Shown: positions 12,033 to 24,489, counted from the first letter of the stretch. The stretch is DNA of 64,000 bases from Vitrella brassicaformis CCMP3155 (GCA_001179505.1 CDMY01000887.1:124001-188000), one strand, 5' to 3'. Notes: generated from the letters alone by a model not told the origin. Program-made: numbers and translations.

Positions 12033-15000
12033 CCTCACCGTCGGCAGCTCGATGTCGACCTTGCGATGCGCCACGTGTGGGCGGCCCTCGTCATCGATAT
12101 ATGGCTCGTTGAATGCGACGTGGTTGCAGTGCAGGAACACCCGTGGGCACCACCGCTGGTCCTCCTTGGCACGCTCCACGTAGGGCGAGCCCTCGGCGTA
12201 GGTGGTGTCGCGCACTAGGGGGTGGGGGGTGCCGGGCGCGGCGTTGTTGGCCATGTGCACACGGATCTGGTGAGTCCGGCCTGGCCATAGAGAAAGAGAG
12301 AGATCAGCCGCATCGCATCGCCATCCCTGTGTGTGTTGGCAGGGGTGGAGTGACGTACCTGTGTCGATTTTGAGTGTGACGAGGCAGAATCCGTCTGTTG
12401 GGCTGTTGATAGAGGTGCCCTTATGCTTGTAGACCTTCTGCACGGTGAAGTGGCTGATGGCGTGGGTCAAGTGGTTGCGTTGGCTCTCGTAAGCCTCGCG
12501 CGTTCGACGCTCCGACGGATTGTACACCAGGCAGTTGTTGATGGTGCCGTGCGGGCGGACCCTCATCTGCCCGTAAACCTGCCACACACACACACAGACA
12601 CACACAGAGAGAGAGAGAGGGGAATGCGTGTGTGGCCATCGCGTGTGTGTGGTGAGTTGACTGAGGGGGCTGACTGACCAGTGCGGTGTAGATTTTGACG
12701 AAGTTGCGTCCCTGCATCTCTGCGTTGAGGTACTGGTAGGCCCAGCTGTCTTTGGCGCACACGATGGCGCCCGTGGTCTCGCGGTCCAGCCGCTGCAGGT
12801 AGCCATACTGCCGGCTCATGTCGCTCAGAATCGGGTACTTGGCGTGGTCCAACGAGTGGTAGGACCAGCCCTGCAGACAACACAACGAGCATGCAACATC
12901 CATCCAAGCAGTGACAAGCTTAGAGAGAAGGGTGTGTGTGGGTGTGGGTGTGGGTGTGTGAGTGTGTGTGTGTGGTGCGGCTGTCTTACGGCCATCTGTG
13001 GTTTCTCGCCGTTTGTTTCCTTGGCGGTTTTCATCTTGTCGACGGTCAGGTTGGGCAGGTCGAAGGGGTCCTTGGTGGCAGACAGCCAGTCGGGCGGCTT
13101 GTATAAGACCCAACACCTGCACACAGACACATCAACAAACGACACCGCACTCGCCATCATCTCCCTCTCTCCGTTCTCTGTCTTGTCTCGCTCACGATTG
13201 CATCTCCTTGACGACGCTCGGCACTGTCCACGGAATGGCCTTGTCCCTCATTCCACCCACCAGACCCAGCGACGCCGCAGCAGCTGCTGCTGCTGCCGCC
13301 GCCGCCGCCGCAGCAGCTGCGGCCGATGCACCACCAGACCCAGCAGAGGCACCCGCACCCCCACCACTATTCGTCCCCCCGTTGCCGTTGCCGTTCGCGA
13401 CACCCAACATAGCGCTGCCACTGCCGCTGCGAGAAGTGCTGAGGCCGCTATCCGACCGCCCGATGGCTGCCTTGGACGTCGGCTTGGCCGCCGGCTTGGT
13501 TGCGTCCTTCTTGCGCGGGATGGGAGCCATGGGGCGAGATACCGTCGGCTGGGGTGGCTGCTGCTGGGGCTGCTGCTGCTGCTGTGGTGGTGGGGCCGAT
13601 TGAGTGGCTTGAGTGGGTTCTGGCTGATTGGCGGCAGGTGCTGCTGGCCCTGACGGCACTGGTGCTGCTGACGCTGATGGTGCAGATGTGCCGTCGGGTG
13701 CCAGCATCTGGGGCTCGACATTCTGTTCGTCATCGCCTGAGGACGCACAGGCAGACGGACAAAGAGACAGACAGACAGACAGGCAGACAGACAGACAGAC
13801 GTGCAGACATGCTGCTTCCGTGTTTATTTGTGCCCCCTGTGCGGTGTGCGCGCCCTGACCTTTGTCTACCTCCATGGAAGCAGCGCCGGCCTCTGGACGC
13901 TCCTCGCCTGCAGAACATCAGTCAACCAAAGGAGCCTGTCTCTGCTTGGCTGCCTGCTCGCGCGTGTGTGAGTGAGTGACGTCTCGCACCCTGAGCAGAC
14001 GGGGACTCCTGTGCTGTGGGCGGCGATGGGCCGTCGTCCGTCTGGTAGGCCTGACCGGGTGACGGTGACGGCCCCTCCTTCTCTCCCTTGACCTCACTCG
14101 ATGCCGCCGCCTCCCCAGCCGAGCCCTCCTGTTCTTTGCCCCCCTTCTCGTCCTTCATAATGACGTCCTTCGTCGATTCCTCCTCGGGTCGAGACAACCC
14201 GGCCGCCGCATCGACCTCAATGGCAGCCGCCATGTCGGCCTCAGCTGCAGCGGGGGCCGCCTCTCCCTGCCCCTCTCCCTCTCCTTCCCCGTCCCCCTCC
14301 GTATCAGCTCTCCGCCGCTTCTTGCGCGTGCGGCGGTCCTCCTTGGCCTCCTTGCTCTCCTTGGCGTGCTTCTTGTGCTTCTTCTTGTGCTTCCGGGGCT
14401 TCTGGGGGCGCTTGGGCTCGTTCTCGCTGTCGTTGTCCTTGTCATTGTCATTGTCCTCATTGTCGTCGTCATTGTCTGGCGATATGGCGGCGGCGGCGGC
14501 GGCAGCAGCTGCATCTGCTGCTGCTGCTGCTGCTGTGGCTGAGGAGGGTGAGTGTGAGGGGGAGAGTTTCGTGTGGTGCGATGATGCCGCTGCCGGGGAC
14601 GATGGCTTGGGGCGCTTCTTGTCCGCGAGCCGACGACGGGCCTTGTCGCGCAGGCTGACAGGGAGGGGAGAGGAGGGGAGAGGAGGGGGTGGGGTGTGTC
14701 TGTGTCTGTGTCTGCTGCCTTGTGTGTGTGTGTGTGTGTGTGTTGCCTACCGTCTGAACCATTGTTTCTTGACTTTGACGCATCGCTTCAGGAGAAGAGG
14801 GGAACCCTCGAAGCTGAAGCGATGACACACACCACACAGAAACACACGGAGAGTCACATGGCGTTCGGCTTGCTCACCCTGATGGCTAATGGAAGGTGCG
14901 TTGCGGTGCGTACCTTGTCTTGGGTTCCCATGTGTTGAGTTTGGCCTTGTATCCCTTCCACTTGACGTAGTACTGACCGTGGCGATCGTCCTTGGCCTTG

Positions 15001-18000
15001 CGGTACTCCTCTATACGCTGAACACACAACCGAACCACAGAACCACAGCGCATCGACACACATGAGATGAGGTGGGTGGATGCTTGGGTGTTTGGGTGTT
15101 TGGATGTTTGGATGTTTGGATGTTTGGATGCGCGCGTGCTCACCTGGACTTCGTACTCGTTGACGGTGCTGTCGTCTTCGCTCTTGTCATTGGACTCGTC
15201 CACAAGCTCGTCGCTCATGTCAGAATCAGCATCACCTATCAACTCCATCCCATCCTTCAACACACACACACAACACACATTCCCCTGCTTCCCTTCGGCT
15301 CTCTCTCTCTCTCTCCCTCTCTCTCTCTTACCACTTCAGTCACGCTGATGTCGTCACTGTTGGCGTCATGCTCCACGCCACCACCGCCACCTGATGCAGT
15401 CCCTCGGTCACTAGGCACACCACCAGACGACGCACCACCGCCGGCACCACCAGCAGCAGCAGCCATAACCGCGGCGGCAGCAGCGGCTGCAGCGGCCACA
15501 CGCCGCTTGGCAGATGGGGGGGAGGGGGGCGGCATGGCTCGCTTGTCGCGGTCGTCGTCATCCTGAGGCAAGTAAGCATCGACAAACAACATGACAAAGC
15601 ACATCACGAATGGGGGAGACGCTCTATGTGTCTGTCTGCCCCCGGGGCGCCGCGCCCCGTCCCCACTCACTCACTCACTCACTCACCTGAGCAGCAGCGG
15701 CATCCTCCTCCCCCTCCATGACTACATCGCGGGAGGCCTCCTGCCCCTTGTTCTGCTTCTTTCTCTTGCCGGCCCCCAACTCCTCCGAACTCTCCTCGGT
15801 CGCAGAGCTATCGTTATCGTCATTATCGTTGTCCTTGTCCTTGTCGGCAGCAGAGCCGTTGTCCCCGCCGCCCTCTGCTGCCGCTGCCGCTGCTGATGCT
15901 GATGCCGGTGACGGTGCTATCTGGTTGACAGTGGTGCGGTAGAAGTCCTGTACGGCTGCGAGGATGCCGGCGCCATGTTCCTTGAGGGTGAACGACTTGG
16001 TCTTGTTCTCGCCGCGGTCGTTTTTCCACCGGGCCGTCATGCCCCTGTACAGGCCGTCCTTCTTGAAGGGGGTCACGGAACGCGGAAGCTCCCCCGCAGC
16101 CTGATTTAAATAGATGCAGTCACACACAGAGACGTGTGTGTGTGTGGGTAAAGGTCAGGTCAGGTCAGGTGATAGCTCACCTTGAGCTCATCCATCCATT
16201 TCTTGAAGTCGACAGCGGGGTCTGACGACGGCTCGCGCGACACGCACGGCGAGGTGGGTGCATTCTCCTCCCTGGCCTTGCCACCACGGCCCTGCCCCCT
16301 GCCTCTCCCCCTCCCACGCCCCCCAGTCCCCTCGGTCGACCGCCCGGCACGCCCACTGCCACCCCGCCCTCGCGATCGGCCGCGGCCACCGCGGCCCCTT
16401 TTGCCACGGGTGGCGGGCTTGATGTTGTCAGAGGGCGTGTGTGATGGTGGTGGGGGGAGCGATGCGTCACGGTTGGAGTCCTCCTCGTCTCTGTCTCTGT
16501 CTCGTATTGACGCGTCGTCCTCGTTGTGTCGGCCTCGGGGTCCCCCTCGCTGTCCGTCGTTGTCGTCTGATGCTGATGCTGACGGGGCGTGCCCGATGGC
16601 GCCGTACTCGATGTTGGCCTTGACGGGGTCCTCGCAGTACTGGGGGAGCACTGCGGGACACACACACTCATTTGTTTGTGGTGGGTGGATTGGCATGGCG
16701 TGTGTGGTGTGTTGGGTACGCCTAGGTGGTGGTGTCGGGTCGGAGGGTTTGTTGCTCTTCTTGCGCTGCGTGTTGTCGATGATGAGCATGGCCATCTCGA
16801 TGCCCGTGATCTCCTCGTTGTCGCCGTCCTCATACTCAATGCTGAACAGACCGCTGCTGCTGCCGTAACCTGACACAGTACCCTGCACATGCACACCCAC
16901 ACAAACACATGGGCAGATCGGATGATCTGATCTGTCGCCTGTTTCTCGCCCCCTCCCTCCCTCCCTCCCTCTCTCTCCCTGTTTCGTCTCGTACCTGGAA
17001 GTAGTAGCTATTACGCGCATCGTTCCACGCGTTGAATTTGCGATCGATGACCGACTTGCCCAGATGCACCCCCAGCAGCGGCACCCACCCACCACTCTGC
17101 CCACCACCCGAACCAACGCCCGCAGACGCAGCCGACGCACTCCCGGCACCTTTGCCGCGAGGGACCGCTGCCGCCGCCGCCGCCGCAGCAGCAGCAGCTG
17201 GTTCTGCTGGTTCTGCTGAGTCAGGCTCTGGTGGGGGTGGTAGGTTGTGCATGTGCAGCGAGTAGAGTCGTTCGGCGATGTAGCACTTGTACTTGGTTGT
17301 CATGTTGGGGGGCAGGTCGACGAGAATCTCGTCCCCCGGGTTGAGTGCCGTGCCGGGCCTCCGGTGCAGCAACAGGTGCGGCCACCCGTCGCGATACACC
17401 TACACCCATACCCAGACACACATCAACCACAACCCACTCGTTCGTGTGCTGTGCTGACCGACCGTGGCGATCTGCACGTTAGATTTTCGCTTCTGCATGC
17501 TCTGCAGCACCGCCGCCGGCTGAAAATACGCGAGGCGGTTCTTGGCCGCGCGGAAGTCGAGCATCAGGCTGCCGTCCTTTGGCACAGCTGGCCGCTGGAG
17601 CGGCTGCTCTGGCTCCGGCTCCTGCTGTGAGTGGGAGCTGGGTGTGTTGCCGTGGGGAGGGTGTGGTGGCGGGAGTGCGTCGTGGACGAAGCGCAGCGGC
17701 CAGATATGCCGGGGGTCGTTCCATGACTCGGGCGTCTGCGGCACCACCTCACCCGTCAGCTCACCCAGCAACGTGATGCTCTGTGTGCACGACAAACCAA
17801 ACCAATAGCCACAGCCACACACAAAACACACAGATCATCATTCCATCTGTGAGTTGAGTGCCCCCCTCCCTCCTCCCTCCCCACTCCCTCCCTGCCTCCT
17901 GACCTACCTTGTCTGAGGCAGCCTTCGGCTCGCCCCGGTAGACGCACACGAAGGCCGAATCGTCTGCCTTAAGACCAGCACGCTTGGGGTGTTTTGGGTC

Positions 18001-18249
18001 GGTGACCCGCCGCAGTTCCAGTGTGGCATTCTCCTGTCTGGTGGCGTCCTCAAAGATGCGCAAGAGGTTGGGGTAGCCCTGCAGCACCCTCGACGAGGTG
18101 AAGTAGTGGGGGGACGCCCTGGCCTTGTCGCAGTAGTCCGCCATCTGGTTCTTGATGGCCGGGTCGCGGCACAGCTGGTGCCCGGCGTACTGCGCCTGGT
18201 CATCTCGCAAGGCGTCCTCTAGCGCAACAACCGCTGAATCAGATGTCAT
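10958..18249 (-). CDS. Multidomain protein (~1,872 aa, 18 exons): degenerate SET, Tudor-like, AP2-like, chromodomain, RluA-family pseudouridine synthase, Arg/Asp-rich tail
   Basis: Hand-traced exons: 18249-17908, 17780-17463, 17399-16995, 16882-16720, 16650-16181, 16100-15687, 15562-15332, 15254-15144, 15017-14914, 14813-14751, 14654-13990, 13907-13860, 13736-13196, 13116-12990, 12870-12679, 12578-12359, 12280-12039, 11920-10958. All junctions are GT-AG and phase-compatible; the sum is 5619 nt (1873 codons). Confidence 0.75.
11890..13230 (-). other. RluA-family pseudouridine synthase catalytic domain
   Basis: Motifs SVVKEMQSCWVLYKPPDW, YLQRLDRETTG (catalytic Asp), KIYTALVYG, TGRTHQIRVHM, RVFLHCNHVAF and ELPTDLQ, all rebuilt in frame. 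Confidence 0.93.
14751..15160 (-). other. Chromodomain
   Basis: Spliced sequence NEYEVQRIEEYRKAKDDRHGQYYVKWKGYKAKLNTWEPKTSFEGSPLLLKRCVKVKKQWF; aromatic-cage Y, W and Y are present. Confidence 0.9.
15935..16095 (-). other. Divergent AP2 (ApiAP2-like) DNA-binding domain
   Basis: LPRSVTPFKKDGLYRGMTARWKNDRGENKTKSFTLKEHGAGILAAVQDFYR resembles the ApiAP2 consensus GV..DK...W.A.W..nGk.k.k.Fsvk.yG...A...A. Confidence 0.6.
16780..17085 (-). other. Tudor-like domain (PTM/DIR17-type pattern)
   Basis: Spliced sequence LGKSVIDRKFNAWNDARNSYYFQ|GTVSGYGSSSGLFSIEYEDGDNEEITGIEMAMLI matches the GtV..y....ly.i.YEDGD.Eel pattern. Confidence 0.65.
17305..18030 (-). other. Degenerate SET-like domain
   Basis: LELRRVTDPKHP...SITLLGELTGEV...LMLDFRAAKNRLAYFQP...SNVQIATVYRDGWPHLLLH...ALNPGDEILVDL is colinear with the SET motifs; RFINHS and ELxYDY are altered. 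Confidence 0.6.
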
Positions 18250-18549
18250 GAGTGCAGGGGTGAGGGCAGGGCAGGGCAGGTGTGATGAGGCCGGGGCTCA
18301 GAACGGCCGCATGAGATCACAGGACGAGAGAGCGCGCGGAGGCCAGAGGGGCGCCAGATGTGCGGGCCTTCTGGGTCTCCCCGGCAGCAGCGGTTTCAGG
18401 GAGCACCCCAGGCCAGATTGCGAGCTTTTTGATTCTCACACGCCTTTCGTGAACGGCGCGTGACGAGGCTGTCTGAAGCCGAAATCAGCATATCCCTTCA
18501 TTTGCTGTCGAAGATCTGCCTCCAGTCCATCGTTTGACTCATCATCACG

Positions 18550-19401
18550 ATGGCCAGGCGGCTGCCCAAGACTCTCACTGATCAGTTCTTCCGAGCACAG
18601 CCAGACGTCGCCCCAGCTGCAGCTGCCACTCCCACTCCCACTCCCTCTCCCACTCGCAACAGCAGCAAACCCAACGCGTCAGCCAAAGCCAAGGCCACCC
18701 ACCATGCCAACAGCGGCAGCAGCAGCAGCAACAGCAGCAGCAGCAAGGGCAGGACCAAGCGGCCCATTCCACTCGCCATCAGCACCACTGCGGAACCCAG
18801 GCAGCAGCAGAGAAACCATCAGCCAAAGGGAAGCTCAGGCAAGGACGACACGAGCCCAACCGACAGCTGCGCGTCAAAGTCAAACGAGGAGTTCCTCCTC
18901 GGCGTTCAAGACTTGGCCCGAGAAGGCGACACAGAGGAGTTGAGGCGGCTGTCCGTTGACTTCATCCGTCGGCTGGACACCATGCGGCCCAAGCAGATCA
19001 GCCTCTCACTCAAGGCCTTCGCGCAGTCGCCCCTCAACGACGGCAACGCGCTCATGCGCAGCGCAGAGCTCTTCCAGGAGGCGGCCTTCAGGCTGGTCCC
19101 CTTTCTGCCGCAGTTCGGCGCCACCGACTTGGCTGTGACGGCTCACGCTTTGGCCCGGATGGGGCTGAAGAGCGATGTGGTGCTGGGGGAGATTGCCGGC
19201 CAGGGGATGGACAAGATGGGCAAGTTTGGTGGGAGCGACGTGGCCATGATGGCCAACGCGTTCGCGAGGCTGAATGTGGTCAACTACCCCCTGTTCAAAG
19301 AGATGAGTGAGTAGGCACCCAAGACACAGACAGAGGGGCAGGGAGAGAGGAGACAGGTCACACTTGATGGATGGCCTGTTGCCCGCTTCTCTCTCTCTCT
19401 C

Positions 19402-19451
<50 letters not shown>

Positions 19452-22400
19452 TGTGTGAGTCAGGCGAGCGCATCTTGCCGCAGCTGTCGCTGCTCAACGC
19501 GCAGGAGCTGTCCAACATCTGCAACGCATGGGCGCGGCTGCGCATCCCTGACCACTTCCTCTTCACGGCCATCGGCCGCGAGATACGCCAGCCGCACCGC
19601 CTCGAGGACTTCACGCCACAGAACCTCGCCAACGTCGCCAACGCCTTTGCGAAGATGGGCGTGGGCAAAGACAAAGGCATTGTGCCGGAGCTGTTTGACA
19701 ACATGGCCGTGGAGATCATCAGGAAGGTCCGTCGGTGGCTGGGCTGGTGGGGGCTGGATGGATGGAAGGGGGGGGTGGTGTGTGTGTGTGTGTGTGCAGG
19801 CTGTGTTCTTCGAGGCTGCTCACTTGTCGATGACTGTGCACGCCTACGCCAAGGTCAACGCCGACGCGCCACTGCTGTTGGACACACTCGCCCAGCCCAT
19901 CAAGGGTCAGCTTAACCAACACGTAGCCCTACCTACTCTGCGCACACACCAAGAAACACAGACACACACACACCCGTTGTCTGTCTGTCTGTCTGTGTGT
20001 GTGTGTGTGTGAACTGCCTCGCTGTGCTGTGCTGTGCGTCAGAGCGTATGGATGAGTTTGAGGTGCAGAACCTCGCAAACGTCGCTTCATCCTACGCCAA
20101 GCAGACGACAACGGTGCGCACGCCCACCACCATGGATGGCATCCACATCCACGTGTGGACGTGTGTGTGTATTGTTTGTGCAGGACCACGAGCTGTTCGA
20201 GCTGATATCGCGGCGGTTCCGCAAGATCAGCCACACCGCCAAACCAATCGAGCTGGCAGGTAGCTCCTGTAACACGTCCACACGTCCACACGCCCACGGT
20301 ATCAAACGGATGTGTCAATCCCGCTGCCTGGGTGTCTGTCTGTCTGTCTGTGCAGCGATCGGGAATGCCTTCGCGAAATGCGACCTGCACGACCCTCTCC
20401 TTTTCGACACGTACACACACACACACACACCACTAGAATGGCAATAATCCTCAGTGCGAATCTGTCTGTCGCTGTTGCTGCAGGCTGTGTGTGTCGTCTT
20501 TGAGGTGCCTGCGGCAGTTCAACGGCTGGTCCTGCTCCACCCTGCTCAACGCTCTCAGCAAATTCGAGGGCGCCCTCGGCACCACCGTGCTGGAGGAGTT
20601 CGCTGCTCACATCGTCAGCAATGTCCCTGCCCTCTCACCCCAGAGCGTCGCCTGCATCGTCAACGCTTACGCAAGGGCCAACTACAGACACGAGCCGCTC
20701 ATTCAACATCTGTTTGGCGTGCTGAAGGGAAGCCTGGAGGGACCACAAGAACAGCAGCAGCAGGAGGTTGGGGAGAGGGAGGGAGAGGGAGAGGGAGAAA
20801 GTCGGGTGGGCTTTCCGCCGTCAGCCTATGTGGCTCAGGAGAATGAGGACACACTCGAGAGGGAGTTTTCCCAGCAGCACCTGGCCAACGTCGTCAACGC
20901 CATTGGCAAGCTGCAGCCGAGCAACAAGACTGAGGTGACCCGCTCCCACCACACAGAGCGACACACCGACAAGAAAGCCATGGCATCACACATCACACCA
21001 ATGGCTGGCTCCTGCTGGCTGCAGATGATGGCCTTCCTGTTGCCCCGGGTGGTCCACACAGCCCCTTCTCTCTCACCCCAGAATGCCGCGCTAATCCTCA
21101 ACTCATTACCCAAGACGCTCACCGGGCAGACAGACGCCGAGACCCTCCGCATGTTCCGTACGGCATTCGCCGCCCTCGGCGCGAGGATCATCAGCGTCAA
21201 CCTGTGGGCGGTTTCGACGCCCTATCTGCTGCTGATACTGAACGCCTTTGCCCGGGTCATGGCGCCAAGGTACATGGGAGGCGACGGGAGCTTCGAGACG
21301 ATGGCCGACCACCTGCTGCCACATATGCCGTTCAGGTGCAGACAGCCAGGCAGGCAGGACGACAGCCCACACATAGACACAGATGAGAGCTGGTGTGTGT
21401 GGTGTGTGGGATGCTTGCAGGGTCAGGGAGCTGGAGGCCAACCAGCTGACCATCCTGTGGCACGCACTGGCCCGTCTCAACTTCTCCCATGAGAGGCTCA
21501 GCCAGCTCCTGGCGTCAACGGAGCTCTACAACCCACCCCTCCCTGTGTCTGCAGCAGCAGCGACAGCAACAGCAACAGCAGCCGCGGATGCAGAGCATCG
21601 GGCCGGCTCTGTGCGGGGGAGCGATGTCTTGGCTGACCTCTACGGCGCGTCGATGAGGAGAATGAGGAGAGGGGAGATGACGGCCAGTCAGTTTGCTGTG
21701 GTGGTCAAGGCGGCGGGCAAACTGGACGCACTCGCCGAGACGGTGAGGGAAGACAGCAACACGTGTGCTCGGCCGCCCCAGGTTGTGTCTGTCTCATGGA
21801 TCTGTGTGTGTCGGCTGCTGTCTTGTTTTGTCTTGTCCATCACCAGTTCCTGCAAGACTGCTCAGCGCTACTCGACCGCGGCCTCCTCAACGTAAGACAC
21901 ACATAACGGACCACCCCACTCTCCCTCCCATTGCGCACATCTGTGTCTCTGTGTGTGTGTGTGTGGCCCATTTACCCACCCATCCGTCAGGGCGCCTCTC
22001 TGCACCAGGCCGCGTCGCTGCTCGAGGCCGTCAGCTACCACATCGCTTTCTTCCAGGGCCAGGGGGATCATCATGATTATGGTCATTACGTCTGTGAGAG
22101 GTGCGTCGATCTGTGCGGGAGCATCCTGGCCCAGCGGTGTAAGGCCGTCATGGGGCCGCCGGGGGAGGACGGCACGTGGGAGCCGGACGGGCTCATGCAA
22201 TGGGGTGAGTGTCTTTCCGCACATCAACGCTCACAAACGCACACGCACACAAGTCGGTGTGGTGTTGTCAGCTCCTGCGAAGAGGAAAACCCTCCTGCGG
22301 CAGCTGAGCCTCGAAGGTGCCGGCGCATCACCTGCACCAGACGAGGACCACCTCTCCGAAGACACTCTTAACGACACTGGTGACTATCACCCCTCGCCAT

Positions 22401-23691
22401 CAACTTCGTCTTCGTCTCCGGCGTCTGTGTCCCTGCTGCTCGACCCGAAGCTGCTCAACGAGGTGTGGGCGCCGATTAGGGTGGCGCTGCGGTGCGTCCT
22501 CCTGCTGCCCACACAGTTCCCGCCACTCTTCCGGCAGACAACGCCTCAAGACCACCACCACCAGCATCACCACCAGCAGCAGCAGAGGGAAGACACCGCT
22601 GCTGTTGTTGAAGACGAGCTTGGCTGGGCCGAGGAGGCCCCACAGCAGTCGTGTCATAGCGGCTTGGAAGGAGCTGTGGGTGTGGGTGAAGGTGAGGGCG
22701 TGGCAGGGGAGGTGATGCTGGCCGTCAGCAAAACCACCACCACCACTTCATCAGCACCCGTACCCCTCTCTATGCCCTTGCTGCTCTTCTGGTCACCGAC
22801 GAGAGGGGCGTCGGGCTTCACCACCGCCACCCCCACCAGCAGCAGCAGCAGGATGACGACAGCCATGCGGTGCTTCAGCTCTTCTCCAGGCCGGCCACCA
22901 CCCACTCCACCCACTCCGCCACCACAGCAACAGGGCACGCAGGCGCCGCCAGCGGCAGCAGCACCTGTTTGTCCCCCGCCTGGCGAGAAGCAGTACAACG
23001 TGCGGGAGGAGCTCAGGAAAAGCCTCGCACGATTCGCCGAGGACATGCCGCGCGTCATGGTGAGCTAGTCTATATGGGAGGGGGGAGATGAGGGACCCTT
23101 GCCATGGTGTGTGGCTGTCTGTGTGTGGTCAGGGGTCTGGGTCACGAGAAGGTCGGCCGCCGCCCACCCGAGGGCCATCACGGTCGCCATCGGGCGGGTC
23201 GGAGATGTCTTCCCGCTTCCACGAACAGCTCGCCAAGTGAGTCTGCCCTGCCGGTCACTCGCTCAGCCAATGTGTGTGGTGTATCTGTGTGTGTGTGTTG
23301 TGTGTCGTGTGTCAGCACGTTGAAGCACATGGGCATCTCTCGCATGAGCCACGAGGTGCAGGTGGGCCCCTACATCCTCGACGCCGTCATCCCCCCAGAA
23401 CAGATCGACCTCTTCAACAGCAACCCTCCCACACCACGACAACACAACCAGAACCACCTACAAGAAGACGACGACGACGACACCACTCATACGGACCGGC
23501 AGCAGGCTTCCGCATCGTTCGCCGCAGCACCGCCCCCGCCCCCGCCCCCGCCCCCTCCACCACCACCACCTCCACCAGGCTTCTCGTCATCTCCACAGAA
23601 CCAAAATCAGCAGCAGAGGCCGGGGGCACTGAGGAGGGGACAGACATATAGGCCGAGTGCTGCTGGGGGAGGGCAGGGGGAGGGCCGGTGA
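18550..23691 (+). CDS. Heptatricopeptide-repeat (HPR/OPR-like) RNA-binding protein with a C-terminal RAP-like segment
   Basis: About 15 helical repeats, with counted 37-aa spacing in QFGATDLAVTAHALARMG / KFGGSDVAMMANAFARLN / LNAQELSNICNAWARLR. Later repeats include FTPQNLANVANAFAKMG, LSPQSVACIVNAYARAN and LEANQLTILWHALARLN. The C-terminus reads SRFHEQLASTLKHMG...EVQVGPYILD. The 3' end is uncertain. Confidence 0.8.
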
Positions 23692-24156
23692 GCAACTGGT
23701 GGCCGGGCGTCTTATAGTTGTTCTGAAAGGCCGTGGAGACAGACGTCCATGGCGATGTCGGCATCGTCATGCCCGCCCATCTTCATGTTGGTTGTGCGTG
23801 TTGTGGCTGTCTGCTGGATACCTGAGATGGTTTGAATGAATGAACGAGCGAACGGTTGTGTCCTACATATCATTCCTTCACTGATTCGGTCCGTCGGTCG
23901 CTTGCGTGTCTGTCTGTCTGTCTGCCTCGCTAGGTGTACACATCACGGCCGCCAGCAGCCAAATACACGGCAATGCAATCAACCCATGCATGAAAGCACT
24001 GAGCCATCCATCCACCCATCCATGGAAACACCCACACACACCACTACACACATGTCACAGAGCTGACACACAAAGGGGAGATATATTTACAAACGACTTG
24101 TCGGGCCGTTGAACTGGGAGATTCTCTCTCCTTCCGCCCCTTTCTTTCCGACAGGA

Positions 24157-24455
24157 ATGGCTTCGTCTGTTGAGAGCGCCGCGCTCGCCCTCTCGTGCCT
24201 GCTCGTCGCAGCCATGGTCCGCAGCGCTGCCGGCGCCGGGCGAGAGCTTGATCCCGTCCAAGGCGAGGGCCAGGGGCTGGACATCGGCACGAAGGTGCCC
24301 GTCGCTTCCTTCGTCAGCCCCGAGGACCTTGAGAAGATCTTCGCCAAAGACGCCCAGACGGAAGTCATCGAGAAGGACTTTTCCTTCACTGTACGTAAGC
24401 AGACAGGGTGGACTGACTGGCCGGATGGGGACGTGCTCTGAATCGTCTCTCTCTA

Positions 24456-24489
<34 letters not shown>

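Noticed and set aside
13192-13875. MEVDKG... as the start of a separate RluA gene
   Set aside because: The ATG lies inside a 48-nt exon with an upstream AG acceptor in the right phase to join the preceding exon. A single gene is the simpler reading, though an internal TSS cannot be excluded without cDNA.
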